Shown: one piece after another, positions 18,135 to 27,245 of the stretch
Layout: every line of letters starts with the position of its first letter
How positions within the stretch are numbered: position 1 is the stretch's first letter
Source: Patescibacteria group bacterium
GTDB lineage: Bacteria > Patescibacteriota > Patescibacteriia > UBA10025 > JAHIVO01
NCBI GenBank assembly: GCA_041649335.1
Contig: JBAZNF010000001.1
Location: forward strand, 21,285-85,284
Length of the DNA: 64,000 bases
Direction: 5' to 3'
Position numbers and translations under genes: made by a program
The notes under the pieces: model-generated
The model's database searches: none
Told to the model about the DNA's origin: nothing
Seen by the model: only the letters and a program-made list of their open reading frames with translations

Positions 18135-18180
18135 ACTCCGGGCGGGTTCACTCCCTCCCGGAGTATTTTTTTTATTTTTT
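18135..18180 (+). terminator. Intrinsic terminator
   Basis: Stem actccggg/cccggagt followed by a 15-nt T-rich run. Confidence 0.6.
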
Positions 18181-18253
18181 TGAAGTATCCTAACGATGCG
18201 CACCCTGGAGAGGATGCGCTTGGAGGATTTGTTAATGCTAGGACGCGAAAAGA

Positions 18254-20524
18254 CTATTCTTTACTCCCGCCCTCTTTCTCAAATTTACATTCTTTGCTTG
18301 AACAGCGGATCTTGTTGCCGGCGGCATAAATCAGGAGTGACCCGCAGGTCGGGCAGGCCTCGCCGGTCGGTTTTGACCAGAGGGCGTATTTGCAGTCCGG
18401 ATAGCGGTTGCACGAGTAAAATGTCCGTCCTTGCTTTGAGCGTTTGACCACGATATCGCCCTGGCCGCATTGCGGGCATTTGACGCCCGTTTTATTTTCA
18501 ATATTTTTGATGTTTTTGCAGTTTGGGTATCCGGAACATGCCAAGAACGGCCCGAAACGGCCGCGTTTTACTACCATCGGCGAGCCGCATTTGTCGCATT
18601 TTTGGTTGGCAATTTCTTCCGGCGTTTTCTCTGCGACTTGGCCGTTCTGGTCGAGCGGTTTGGTATTGCGGCATTCTGGGTAACCGGTGCAGGCCAGGAA
18701 TTTGCCGAACCGGCTCATTTTTATCACCATCGGTTTGCCGCATTTGTCGCAGACGATATCGGATGCAATTTCAGATTTAGCCACCTCTTCGTGTTTTTTC
18801 ATAAGATTTTCCTTAAACGGTTCATAAAATTCCTTGATAATCGGCACCCATTCCTTCGTACCGCTGGCGATGGCGTCCAGGTCGTTTTCCATGCGAGCCG
18901 TGAATGCGTAATCCATGATGACCGGGAAATGTTCCGTCAGAACGTCACAGACATGGAATCCTATTTCCGTCGGTTTGAGGCGGCTTTGTTCTTTATTGAC
19001 GTAATTGCGTTCGATCAGCGTGGCGATGGTCGGTGCGTACGTTGACGGGCGGCCGATATCCCGTTCCTCCAGGGCATGAACCAGGCCGGCTTCGGAATAC
19101 TGTGCCGGCGGTTCTGTAAAATGTGGGATCGGGTCGATTTTTTTAGCATCCAGAGGCTCTCCGGACTGGACGACCGGCAGGGCGTTTTCTTTTACGGGGT
19201 TGTAAATTTTCATGAAGCCGTCGAATTTTACGGTCGAACCGGTCGAACGGAACGTATACGTATGGGCCGTGTCCTGGATATCGATGGTCATGTTGCTCAT
19301 GATGGCTTCGGGCATTTGGCTGGCCACGGCCCGTTGCCAGATGAGTTCGTATATTTTAAGCTGTTTGGGTTCAAGGAATGACTGTATGGCGTCTGGCGTA
19401 TTGACCACTTCGGTTGGTCGGATGGCTTCGTGGGCTTCCTGGGCCAGTTTTGATTTTGTCTTGAAGCGGCGCGGTTCGGGCAGGGAATACTGTTTGCCGT
19501 ATGATGAATTCAGGAAATCCTTGGATTCATGCAGGAATTTTTCTGACAGGTTGACCGAATCTGTCCGCATGTACGTGATCAAACCTTCGCGGCGGTTATT
19601 GCCAAGGTCGACGCCCTCATACAACTGCTGGGCCAGCATCATGGTTTGCCGGGTTGAGAACCCGAAACGGCGGTTGGCTTCCTGTTGCAGGGTTGAGGTG
19701 GTGAAGGGCGTCGGAGGATTCTTCTTGGATTCTTTCGCCTGTACGTCAGCTACTGTATAGTTCGCGCCTTGGAGTTTTGCCATCAGTGCTTGAGCCTCCT
19801 GACTGTTTTTTATAGCGAATTTTTCGAGGGATTTGTCCTGAATCTTAAATAATTTAGCCTTGATGTCGACGGGATCGTTTTGCCGTTTGTGGAAAATCGC
19901 TTCAATGGTCCAGTATTCCTCCGGTTTGAAGGCGTCAATTTCGCGCTGGCGTTCGACGATCAGGCGCAAAGCCACGGATTGGACGCGCCCGGCGGATAAC
20001 CCTTTGGCCACCTTTTTCCATAGGAACGGCGACAGCTCGTATCCAACCAGTCGGTCAAGTATCCGGCGTGCCTGTTGAGCGTTCACGAGGTGCATTTCCA
20101 GCTGGCGGGGATTTTTTAAGGCCTCAGCGATAGCTTCTTTGGTGATTTCATGGAAGACGATGCGTTCTGACTTGGCGTCGAGCAGGCCGGCGTCGGTGGT
20201 TTTTTTGGCGTTTTTCTTTTCGGTTTTAAATGATTCGATCAGGTGCCAGGAAATTGCCTCCCCTTCGCGGTCTTCGTCAGTCGCGAAATATATCTTGGGA
20301 GCAGCCAAGGCAAGTTTTTTAAGTCTGGTCAGGGTTTTTTGCTTGGTGCGCGGTATGATGTATTGGGGGGCGAAATCATGTTCGATATCCACGCCCATTT
20401 TTGACCGCGGAAGATCCCGGATATGGCCAAAAGACGCCTCAACGTGAAAGGCATTCCCGAGGAAGCGGGAGATGGTTTTTGCCTTGGTTGGTGACTCGAC
20501 GATGATGAGTTCTTTTTTTGCCAT
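18254..20524 (-). CDS. topA: DNA topoisomerase I with C-terminal zinc-ribbon repeats
   Basis: Toprim N-terminus (ELIIVESPTKAKTI) and three or four C4 zinc ribbons at the C-terminus. Confidence 0.97.
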   Translation of the reverse strand: MAKKELIIVESPTKAKTISRFLGNAFHVEASFGHIRDLPRSKMGVDIEHDFAPQYIIPRTKQKTLTRLKKLALAAPKIYFATDEDREGEAISWHLIESFKTEKKNAKKTTDAGLLDAKSERIVFHEITKEAIAEALKNPRQLEMHLVNAQQARRILDRLVGYELSPFLWKKVAKGLSAGRVQSVALRLIVERQREIDAFKPEEYWTIEAIFHKRQNDPVDIKAKLFKIQDKSLEKFAIKNSQEAQALMAKLQGANYTVADVQAKESKKNPPTPFTTSTLQQEANRRFGFSTRQTMMLAQQLYEGVDLGNNRREGLITYMRTDSVNLSEKFLHESKDFLNSSYGKQYSLPEPRRFKTKSKLAQEAHEAIRPTEVVNTPDAIQSFLEPKQLKIYELIWQRAVASQMPEAIMSNMTIDIQDTAHTYTFRSTGSTVKFDGFMKIYNPVKENALPVVQSGEPLDAKKIDPIPHFTEPPAQYSEAGLVHALEERDIGRPSTYAPTIATLIERNYVNKEQSRLKPTEIGFHVCDVLTEHFPVIMDYAFTARMENDLDAIASGTKEWVPIIKEFYEPFKENLMKKHEEVAKSEIASDIVCDKCGKPMVIKMSRFGKFLACTGYPECRNTKPLDQNGQVAEKTPEEIANQKCDKCGSPMVVKRGRFGPFLACSGYPNCKNIKNIENKTGVKCPQCGQGDIVVKRSKQGRTFYSCNRYPDCKYALWSKPTGEACPTCGSLLIYAAGNKIRCSSKECKFEKEGGSKE

Positions 20525-20594
20525 ATATCGGTAAAAAATGTCAGTCTGTTGTGGGGCCCAGGGCTATGACTGAGCGGTTGGAAATATATTGTAT

Positions 20595-21686
20595 TTATTT
20601 TGAACGGATATAATACATTCCGCCCAGATGACGGACTATCCCTTTTATTTCCATCATGGTCAGTGAAGAATTGATGATACTGGTGTTCAGTTTACACTCT
20701 TGGATAATTTCGTCAATATGTACCGGTTCGCGGCCGATGCAGGACAGCAATTTTTCTTCCTCTGGTGAAGCAGGGAGGATGACGGAATTTTTATAGTACT
20801 GTTCGGCCATTTCCAGGTCCACTGCGGTCAGTATATCATCAGCCGAGGTGACGGCTTTTGCACCCATTTTAATGAGATTATTTGGCCCGGCGGATGAAGG
20901 TGACGTGATATTGCCCGGTATGGCCAGAACGTCTCGGTTCTGGTCGATGGCGCACCGCGCGGTAATGAGCGAACCGGAATTTTCACCGCCTTCTATAACA
21001 AGTACGCCGCGGGACAGTCCGGAAATGATCCTGTTACGGGCCGGGAAGTGCTGGCGGAGCGGCTTGGTCCCGGGTGGGTATTCGGAAACCAAGCACCCGC
21101 CGGTGGCGATGATTTTCTCAGCCAGTAGGCGGTTTGCGAGCGGATACAGTACGTCCAGACCGCAACCAAGAACGGCTATGGTCTTTCCGCCCACATCAAC
21201 AGCTGCCTGGTGGGCTAGCGTGTCAATGCCAAGCGCCAATCCGGACACGATTACTACCCCGGTCCGGGCGATCGTACCGATCAGATCCGGAGTGACCATC
21301 CTCCCGTAAGCCGATGTTTTACGCGTTCCGACAACCGCTAAGCCCAGATCCAGGTTAGCGGGTAATCGCCCTCTATAATATAGAAGGGCAGGCGGCGAAT
21401 GGATTTCTTTGAGCCGGCGCGGATAATTGGGGTCTTGTATCGTAACTACAGAAATACCGGACTGTTCGATCTTTTCCAGAAATTTTTCGGGTCGGATGGA
21501 GCCCCGGCTTTCGCAAATTATTGACGCATCCTTTTCTCCCAGTCCGGCCCGTCTCAATTCTGGCGACGTGGCCCGCCAAGCTGTTTTCATATTTGGGAAA
21601 TTTTCGGCCAGTTTAATGATTTTCTGGGGGCCGATAGAGTCGATTGAGGAGAACGCCATCCAGTAGATTAGCTCATTTTTTTCCAT
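20595..21686 (-). CDS. dprA: DNA processing protein DprA (Smf)
   Basis: DprA Rossmann core. Confidence 0.9.
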   Translation of the reverse strand: MEKNELIYWMAFSSIDSIGPQKIIKLAENFPNMKTAWRATSPELRRAGLGEKDASIICESRGSIRPEKFLEKIEQSGISVVTIQDPNYPRRLKEIHSPPALLYYRGRLPANLDLGLAVVGTRKTSAYGRMVTPDLIGTIARTGVVIVSGLALGIDTLAHQAAVDVGGKTIAVLGCGLDVLYPLANRLLAEKIIATGGCLVSEYPPGTKPLRQHFPARNRIISGLSRGVLVIEGGENSGSLITARCAIDQNRDVLAIPGNITSPSSAGPNNLIKMGAKAVTSADDILTAVDLEMAEQYYKNSVILPASPEEEKLLSCIGREPVHIDEIIQECKLNTSIINSSLTMMEIKGIVRHLGGMYYIRSK

Positions 21687-21839
21687 AAAAAATAGACCTT
21701 ACGTCGCCGGGGAAGGTCTGAATAGTATTGTAGGGCATTGAAGTCTGATTGGCAAGCAGCTTGACATGCCAGCCCGAGATGATACTATACTGACTTGTCA
21801 GTCTGCGATACTATTGCCCTTTAATAGATTGGAGCTTCT

Positions 21840-22037
21840 ATGTTGCGGGTGTTATGTATTAAGTTGCTTTTCGTCATTGCTACGTTCCTCGGATTATTAT
21901 TTGGCCTGCTAGCCACTGTCGTTTATGGGTGGACCTTGCCAATCGTTTGGCGGAAAGCACGAACTCCGAAATGGAGGTGCGTTCATGTCGACACGGATGC
22001 GTTGCCCAATGTGCCGGGCGTCCATGTACAAAGATGA
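21840..22037 (+). CDS. Putative small single-TM protein (65 aa)
   Basis: A TTGACA-19-TATACT promoter lies upstream and GGAG sits 6 nt before the ATG. It overlaps the next small ORF. Confidence 0.3.
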   Translation: MLRVLCIKLLFVIATFLGLLFGLLATVVYGWTLPIVWRKARTPKWRCVHVDTDALPNVPGVHVQR

Positions 22038-22179
22038 CCCTGAGTGTCCCGAATGCGGCTGGGAAAACGAGAAGGAGATGAGTCGCCAGGACCAGGTACG
22101 TCGCGAAATGACGAAGACTAAGCGCGACAGGGGTCGGGCGGGACCTTCAGGGCCGTACCCGGACACAAAAAAGCGGTGA
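21985..22179 (+). CDS. Putative small zinc-ribbon protein (CPMC...CPEC) with charged tail
   Basis: GGAGGT sits 7 nt before the ATG at 21985. Confidence 0.35.
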   Translation: MSTRMRCPMCRASMYKDDPECPECGWENEKEMSRQDQVRREMTKTKRDRGRAGPSGPYPDTKKR

Positions 22180-22218
22180 GTATGTTCACCATTCGTACTG
22201 AGCGTCAATAACGGCGCT

Positions 22219-25200
22219 CTATTTTTTTGTCTGATTCACCGGGCACTGGAACAACTGGATAACTTTTTTCAGCTCATTGAGCCAGTTATCGCCGAGTTTG
22301 ATCAGGTCGATTTTTATGGAATCGTCGGTAAATTGCCAGTCAGGGTTTTTTTGCAGCAGACGGGCCAGCTGCTCAGCCTTCAGTGGAAAGAGGAATTTTA
22401 TAATGAGTTTTTGGATTTTATGGCCAAATTGGTCAGTTGACCAGGTTGTATCGATATGTGAAATGTCCGTCTTTTGCGCCAGGATCCGGATGGTCAGGAT
22501 CTCGAAGAGGTTCAACAGCTGCTTTGGGAAGTATTTTTGTTCTTCACGGGTCCGCGAACGGATCATTTTGTCGCGCATCTCCTCCAATTCCTTCATGTTC
22601 ATGATTCCGGCCAATTGCTGGTACAGGATCAGCCGTTCTTCTTCCGGCAGGAATTCCTGGGGGATATACGCTTCCATCGGCAGATCGATCAGGATGTCGC
22701 GTACAGGCTCCTGGATTTTGCCAAATTTCAGTTCTTCAATAGCCTGAGCCAGGAGTCGCGTGTATAATGAGAGCCCGATAGCCGACACTTTTCCGTGCTG
22801 CTCTTTGCCGAGGATATTGCCGGCTCCGCGGATTTCCAGGTCGCGCAGCGCTAGCTGGAAACCGCTGCCGAGTTTTTTCGCTTCCATGAGCGCTTGTAGG
22901 CGTTTTTTCGCGTTACCTTTGAGCTTTTTCCGGTGGTAGAGGAAATAGGCGTGTGCCTGACGGCTGCCCCGGCCGATCCGTCCGCGTAATTGGTACAGCT
23001 GGGCCAAGCCAAAATTGGTCGCATTATCAACGATCAGCGTATTGACATTCGGTAGATCGAGTCCGTTTTCAATGATCGTCGAACAGACCAGGATGTTCGT
23101 CTTGCCGGTGTCAAAATCCGCCATCGCTTTTGCCAGATCTTTTTCCGGCAACCGCCCGTGGGCGATGCCGATCCGGCTGCCTGTGATCATGTCGCTGATC
23201 TCCTTGGCGGCGAAAGCGATGGTTTCCACCTTATTGTGGAGATAATAGACCTGTCCGCCCCGTTTCAGTTCTTCGGTGATAGCCTGTTGAACCTGTTCTT
23301 TGGAGTACGGTTCGATCAGCGTATTGATCGGCAAACGGCCTTCTGGTGGTGTTTCGATGATACTGACGTCGCGGACGCCGGACAAGGCGATATTGAGGGT
23401 GCGGGGGATGGGCGTAGCCGTCAGTGTCAAAATGTGGGATTGTGTGCGAAGCGCCTTGAGCCGTTCCTTGGCCTTGACCCCAAAACGCTGCTCCTCGTCG
23501 ATGATGATCAGTCCGAGGTTTTTGAAGCTGACGTCGCTGGACAGCAGCCGGTGGGTGCCGACGACGATATCGACGGCGTTGCTTTTCAATTTGGCGATGG
23601 TTTGCTGCTGTTCTTTTGCCGATTCAAATCGGGAGAGTATGCCGAGGGAAACCGAGAATTTTTTCAGACGCTCGCTGAAGGTGTCGTAGTGCTGTTGGGT
23701 CAGGATGGTGGTAGGCGAGAGCAGGGCAACCTGCTTGTTGTTCATGACTGCCTTAAATGCCGCCCGAACAGCCACTTCCGTTTTCCCAAAACCGACATCT
23801 CCGCATATGAGGCGGTCCATCGGTGTTTCGCCTGTCAAGTCGGCCTCGACGTCACTAATGGCCTTCCCCTGGTCGGGAGTTTCCTTGTAGGGGAATGTTT
23901 TTGCCAATTCAATTTCTTCCGGTGTTTGTGCGTTCCACGCTTTGACCTTTATCAATTCGCGCTTAGCGTAAATTTTCAACAATTCCTGGGCCAGAATTTT
24001 TGCTTCCTGTTTTACCTTGCGGGTCAGCTGGTACCATTGGCCACCGGAGAGACGGTGCAGTTTCGGATGGGCGATGCCGATATATTTAGAGATTTTATCC
24101 GCCGTTTCTACCGGTACGTAGAGTTTATCGCCTTCGGCATACTGGAGGACAAAGTATTCCCGCGTGATGTTTTCAACGATATTTTTATTCATACCTACGA
24201 ACCGGCCGATGCCGTGGTCCAAGTGCACGATATAGTCACCGGGTTGCATGCCCATGATGAGGGCCTGGTCGACCCGGTGCCGTGGGGTTTCCTGGCGCAG
24301 GTTTTGTTCTCCGAAAATGTCCCGGTCGGTAAGCAGTTGCAATTTTCCCCGGTCGCTGCGAAACCCTTCCAGTTCATGGGTATACGGCCACCACGCGATG
24401 GGTATGTCGGCGGCCTTTTTTTCTTTCAGCATCTGTTGGAGTTCTTTGGGCCGGTTGGACGCGATGGCTAATTGCCAATTTGATTTATGGGCTTCCCTCA
24501 GGTCAGCGACCAGCTTGGTATAGTTTTGCCGGTAAACGGGCGCGTATTCGAAGTGGAGGTGTATTCCGCTTTTTTGGAAATCATGGAATATCATCCTCTG
24601 GTAATCGGCGAGTTTCTGCTCAAACGTATGCCAGGTCGGCAATTCTCCGGACGCCTCCTCCTGGTCCCGGTAGATGATGAGCGGGTTATGGATGGCCTCC
24701 AGGTAGGTCGTAAAAGTGGTCCGGCCGGAGTTCGGCCGGAATTTTGTCGCTACGATCTGGCATGATTTCATCGGTTCGCCGACCCGTTTGGTAACAGGGT
24801 TGAAAGCGTGCAGGCTGATGATTTGCCGGTCAGAAAACTCAAGCCTAATGGGCCGATCCAGGTTAATCGGGTAGATGTCCACAACGCCGCCCCGTCGTGC
24901 GAAAAATCCGCTTTGGCTGGCCTGGCCGGTGAAATCGTAATTGAAATCTATGAGTTTTTGTGAGAGGGAGGAGGGGGTGCAATTATCGCCGACAGCGAGG
25001 GTCATGACGTGCTGGCCGTTTGAATTAAGCGCGGGCAGTTTTTCGATCAGTTGGCGGTATCCCGCCACGATAACCTGCGGTTCCAGTTCGGCCAGTTTCT
25101 GTGCACGAAGGGGATTGATGTCCTCAAGCTTCCAGACGGGGACGTTTATTTTGAAAATTTTATGCCAATACGAAATTAGCCTCTCGACCGTATTAAGTTC

Positions 25201-25383
25201 GGGCGCCGTGGCCAGCCATAAAATCACCCGTTCGGAAATGAATGGATGAATGGTCACGTAATAGGTTTGGGCCGCGAGATGCGGGAGCCCGGCTAGGTTG
25301 ACGGTTTTCTTGGTTTGCAGCTGTTCGGTGGATTCTTTGACAAAGTCGGGCAGGCCAGCGTGGCTGGACTGGGTGACAGGCAC
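22219..25383 (-). CDS. mfd: Transcription-repair coupling factor Mfd
   Basis: Superfamily-2 helicase motifs (GDVGFGKTEVA, DEEQRFGV) and the TRCF architecture. Confidence 0.95.
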   Translation of the reverse strand: MPVTQSSHAGLPDFVKESTEQLQTKKTVNLAGLPHLAAQTYYVTIHPFISERVILWLATAPELNTVERLISYWHKIFKINVPVWKLEDINPLRAQKLAELEPQVIVAGYRQLIEKLPALNSNGQHVMTLAVGDNCTPSSLSQKLIDFNYDFTGQASQSGFFARRGGVVDIYPINLDRPIRLEFSDRQIISLHAFNPVTKRVGEPMKSCQIVATKFRPNSGRTTFTTYLEAIHNPLIIYRDQEEASGELPTWHTFEQKLADYQRMIFHDFQKSGIHLHFEYAPVYRQNYTKLVADLREAHKSNWQLAIASNRPKELQQMLKEKKAADIPIAWWPYTHELEGFRSDRGKLQLLTDRDIFGEQNLRQETPRHRVDQALIMGMQPGDYIVHLDHGIGRFVGMNKNIVENITREYFVLQYAEGDKLYVPVETADKISKYIGIAHPKLHRLSGGQWYQLTRKVKQEAKILAQELLKIYAKRELIKVKAWNAQTPEEIELAKTFPYKETPDQGKAISDVEADLTGETPMDRLICGDVGFGKTEVAVRAAFKAVMNNKQVALLSPTTILTQQHYDTFSERLKKFSVSLGILSRFESAKEQQQTIAKLKSNAVDIVVGTHRLLSSDVSFKNLGLIIIDEEQRFGVKAKERLKALRTQSHILTLTATPIPRTLNIALSGVRDVSIIETPPEGRLPINTLIEPYSKEQVQQAITEELKRGGQVYYLHNKVETIAFAAKEISDMITGSRIGIAHGRLPEKDLAKAMADFDTGKTNILVCSTIIENGLDLPNVNTLIVDNATNFGLAQLYQLRGRIGRGSRQAHAYFLYHRKKLKGNAKKRLQALMEAKKLGSGFQLALRDLEIRGAGNILGKEQHGKVSAIGLSLYTRLLAQAIEELKFGKIQEPVRDILIDLPMEAYIPQEFLPEEERLILYQQLAGIMNMKELEEMRDKMIRSRTREEQKYFPKQLLNLFEILTIRILAQKTDISHIDTTWSTDQFGHKIQKLIIKFLFPLKAEQLARLLQKNPDWQFTDDSIKIDLIKLGDNWLNELKKVIQLFQCPVNQTKK

Positions 25384-25864
25384 AGATTTGATTTAATAAT
25401 GTGAAGCGCCGATGAACGGCAAAGTCCACTCCCCGGCAGGCGTTCTGTGGCCTTGACAGGGGTGGTTTGGTCTGCTACTATTCTATATTAACGCATTTTT
25501 ATAACTTTGGCAAGTGGAAAACTATTGAAAAACCCAGTTTTCTGCCGACCCAAGCGGTGATGACGAGACAACCCCTCCTAACGTTTCGTTAGTAACCTTA
25601 AGTTAAGGTATTGCAGATTTTTCTGTGAAACCTTGCGCTTGGCGGCAGTAAAGTGGGTTTTTTTTAATCCATGAGGAGACACCTTACGGTTTCTCCTCAG
25701 CACTTCTCTTCCCTCAGTTGTATCCCTCATCCTGGAGTAAATCCAGGATTCAGGATGATTAATTTGGATTTTAGTATATGGTCGCGCTAGGCCTCGTGTC
25801 CGATTGCCTTGTGGTAGCACAGCGGGTGGGGCGTCATCAACTTTTCGTAATGATGAGGATTGGC

Positions 25865-25896
25865 ATGGTTGAGAAGAAATAAAAAACCGGGTCAGG
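25865..25896 (-). terminator. Intrinsic terminator of the pilT-pilM-small gene operon
   Basis: Minus-strand hairpin CCGGGTC-TCCCCT-GACCCGG followed by TTTTTT. Confidence 0.65.
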
Positions 25897-25925
25897 GGAG
25901 ACCCGGGATATCTGAAAATTCAGGC

Positions 25926-26105
25926 TTAATTTGGCCAAGAGATACGGTGAGTCTTGCCGCCATGCTGGAATGAAACCCCAAATGCGTCAGATTTTGTGAT
26001 TACCGGCGCTATCCCGTTGGTAATCGATTTGACGGGCGTCCCGTTCAAAACGATATCCCAGCCGGCACCGCTCGTAGACGGGCGCACTTCAATTTTGTGA
26101 GCCAT
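25926..26105 (-). CDS. Small soluble hypothetical protein (59 aa) co-transcribed after pilM
   Basis: On the minus strand GGAGGA sits 4 nt before the second ATG (MAHKIEVRPS...), and a terminator lies immediately downstream. Confidence 0.5.
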   Translation of the reverse strand: MAHKIEVRPSTSGAGWDIVLNGTPVKSITNGIAPVITKSDAFGVSFQHGGKTHRISWPN

Positions 26106-26179
26106 GAAATCCTCCATGATAAAAAAAGAGCCTAGCTAATGATCCGCTAGTATAGCAATGCGTCTGTTGGTGTCAAGCG

Positions 26180-27241
26180 TTAGTTTGCGTATTTGACTTT
26201 CAGCGCCAATCCGATGGCCACGGCCATTTGCGGCGCAATTTTTTCCAGTTCCGGCGCCAACTCAGCATGAGCGCGTATGCTTTGCCAGGGGTCGCCGGCC
26301 TCCACGGTAATTTTCATATGCAGCTGGATATAGTGGCTCAGGTTTTTTATCCGGCTGCATCCGCCGACGATTATGATCCTGTCCAGCGGCTGGCCGCCAC
26401 CGGCGGTATACGTATTGAGTACCCGGGATAATTCCTGGAGGATGAGGTTGTCGATGACAAAAGTGATCGCCTGATGAACGGGGTGCGTGGATTGACCGGT
26501 TAACGGTAAGCCGATGTCATCGCGGAATTGGTCCGCCCGTTCAACGGAAATATTCATGGCATTGGCGATATTACGGCTGATGGCCTCGCCGCCGATATCG
26601 ATGTTTCTGGTGACAACAGGCAAGCCCTGGTCAAAAATGGTGACATTTGAGGTTGTGGCGCCGATATCAAGCAGGAGATGGCAGCCGTGCGCGATCGGCA
26701 GCAACGAACGCCGTAGCGCGGTGGCTTCGGTTTCCAATCCGACCAGTTGGAGGTTTGCCGACCGGAAAATATCCATATACCCTTTTATCACGTCTGTGGG
26801 AGCGGCCGTCATGATGATGGTAATTTTTTCGGCTGAGCCGTCACCGGTTGTGGGGGTGGTTACTGGGTGCCAGTCAATCGACATCTTATCCAGGGGCAGG
26901 GGGACCATTTTTTTTGCTTCCCAGCGGATCGCGTCGTCGATTTCTTTTTTTGGCATGGGCGGCATTGTGACGACAGTCGTAAAAACGTTGACGGCAGGCA
27001 GGGCGGCTACTACGCGTTTTGTCGTGACCCGTGATTCCTTCATGACGTGGACCAGCTGTTCGACGGTGGTCTGGCGGTTGCGGACGGCGTCAGTCTTGAC
27101 CGTTACTCTGTTCTTGATTCCCAGGCCGTACGTTATCAGCTCGACCGTTCCTGCACGATTGGCCAGTTCGACGATTTTTATTGCTCCCGACCCGAAGTCG
27201 ATGCCGACCAGATTTTCATTTTTTTTGGTGATGAATGGCAT
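26180..27241 (-). CDS. pilM: Type IV pilus assembly protein PilM (actin-like ATPase fold)
   Basis: N-terminus LVGIDFGSGAIKIVEL and FtsA/PilM family features. Confidence 0.8.
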   Translation of the reverse strand: MPFITKKNENLVGIDFGSGAIKIVELANRAGTVELITYGLGIKNRVTVKTDAVRNRQTTVEQLVHVMKESRVTTKRVVAALPAVNVFTTVVTMPPMPKKEIDDAIRWEAKKMVPLPLDKMSIDWHPVTTPTTGDGSAEKITIIMTAAPTDVIKGYMDIFRSANLQLVGLETEATALRRSLLPIAHGCHLLLDIGATTSNVTIFDQGLPVVTRNIDIGGEAISRNIANAMNISVERADQFRDDIGLPLTGQSTHPVHQAITFVIDNLILQELSRVLNTYTAGGGQPLDRIIIVGGCSRIKNLSHYIQLHMKITVEAGDPWQSIRAHAELAPELEKIAPQMAVAIGLALKVKYAN

Positions 27242-27245
27242 ACGG

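Noticed and set aside
23158-24471. 437-aa ORF antisense to mfd; also 18470-19045 and 19212-19760 antisense to topA
   Set aside because: The sense-strand products (Mfd, TopA) are unambiguous. The antisense products are low-complexity, with biased Arg/Phe/Gly composition.
25578-25820. 80-aa highly basic ORF on the minus strand in the mfd-pil gap
   Set aside because: It has a GTG start with no RBS and runs through multiple perfect hairpins. It is more consistent with structured RNA or DNA than with a protein.
25430-25900. Possible B12 riboswitch (AATCC...GAGGAGACACC resembles part of the B12 box)
   Set aside because: The match to the B12-box consensus is poor, and no same-strand gene follows that it could control.
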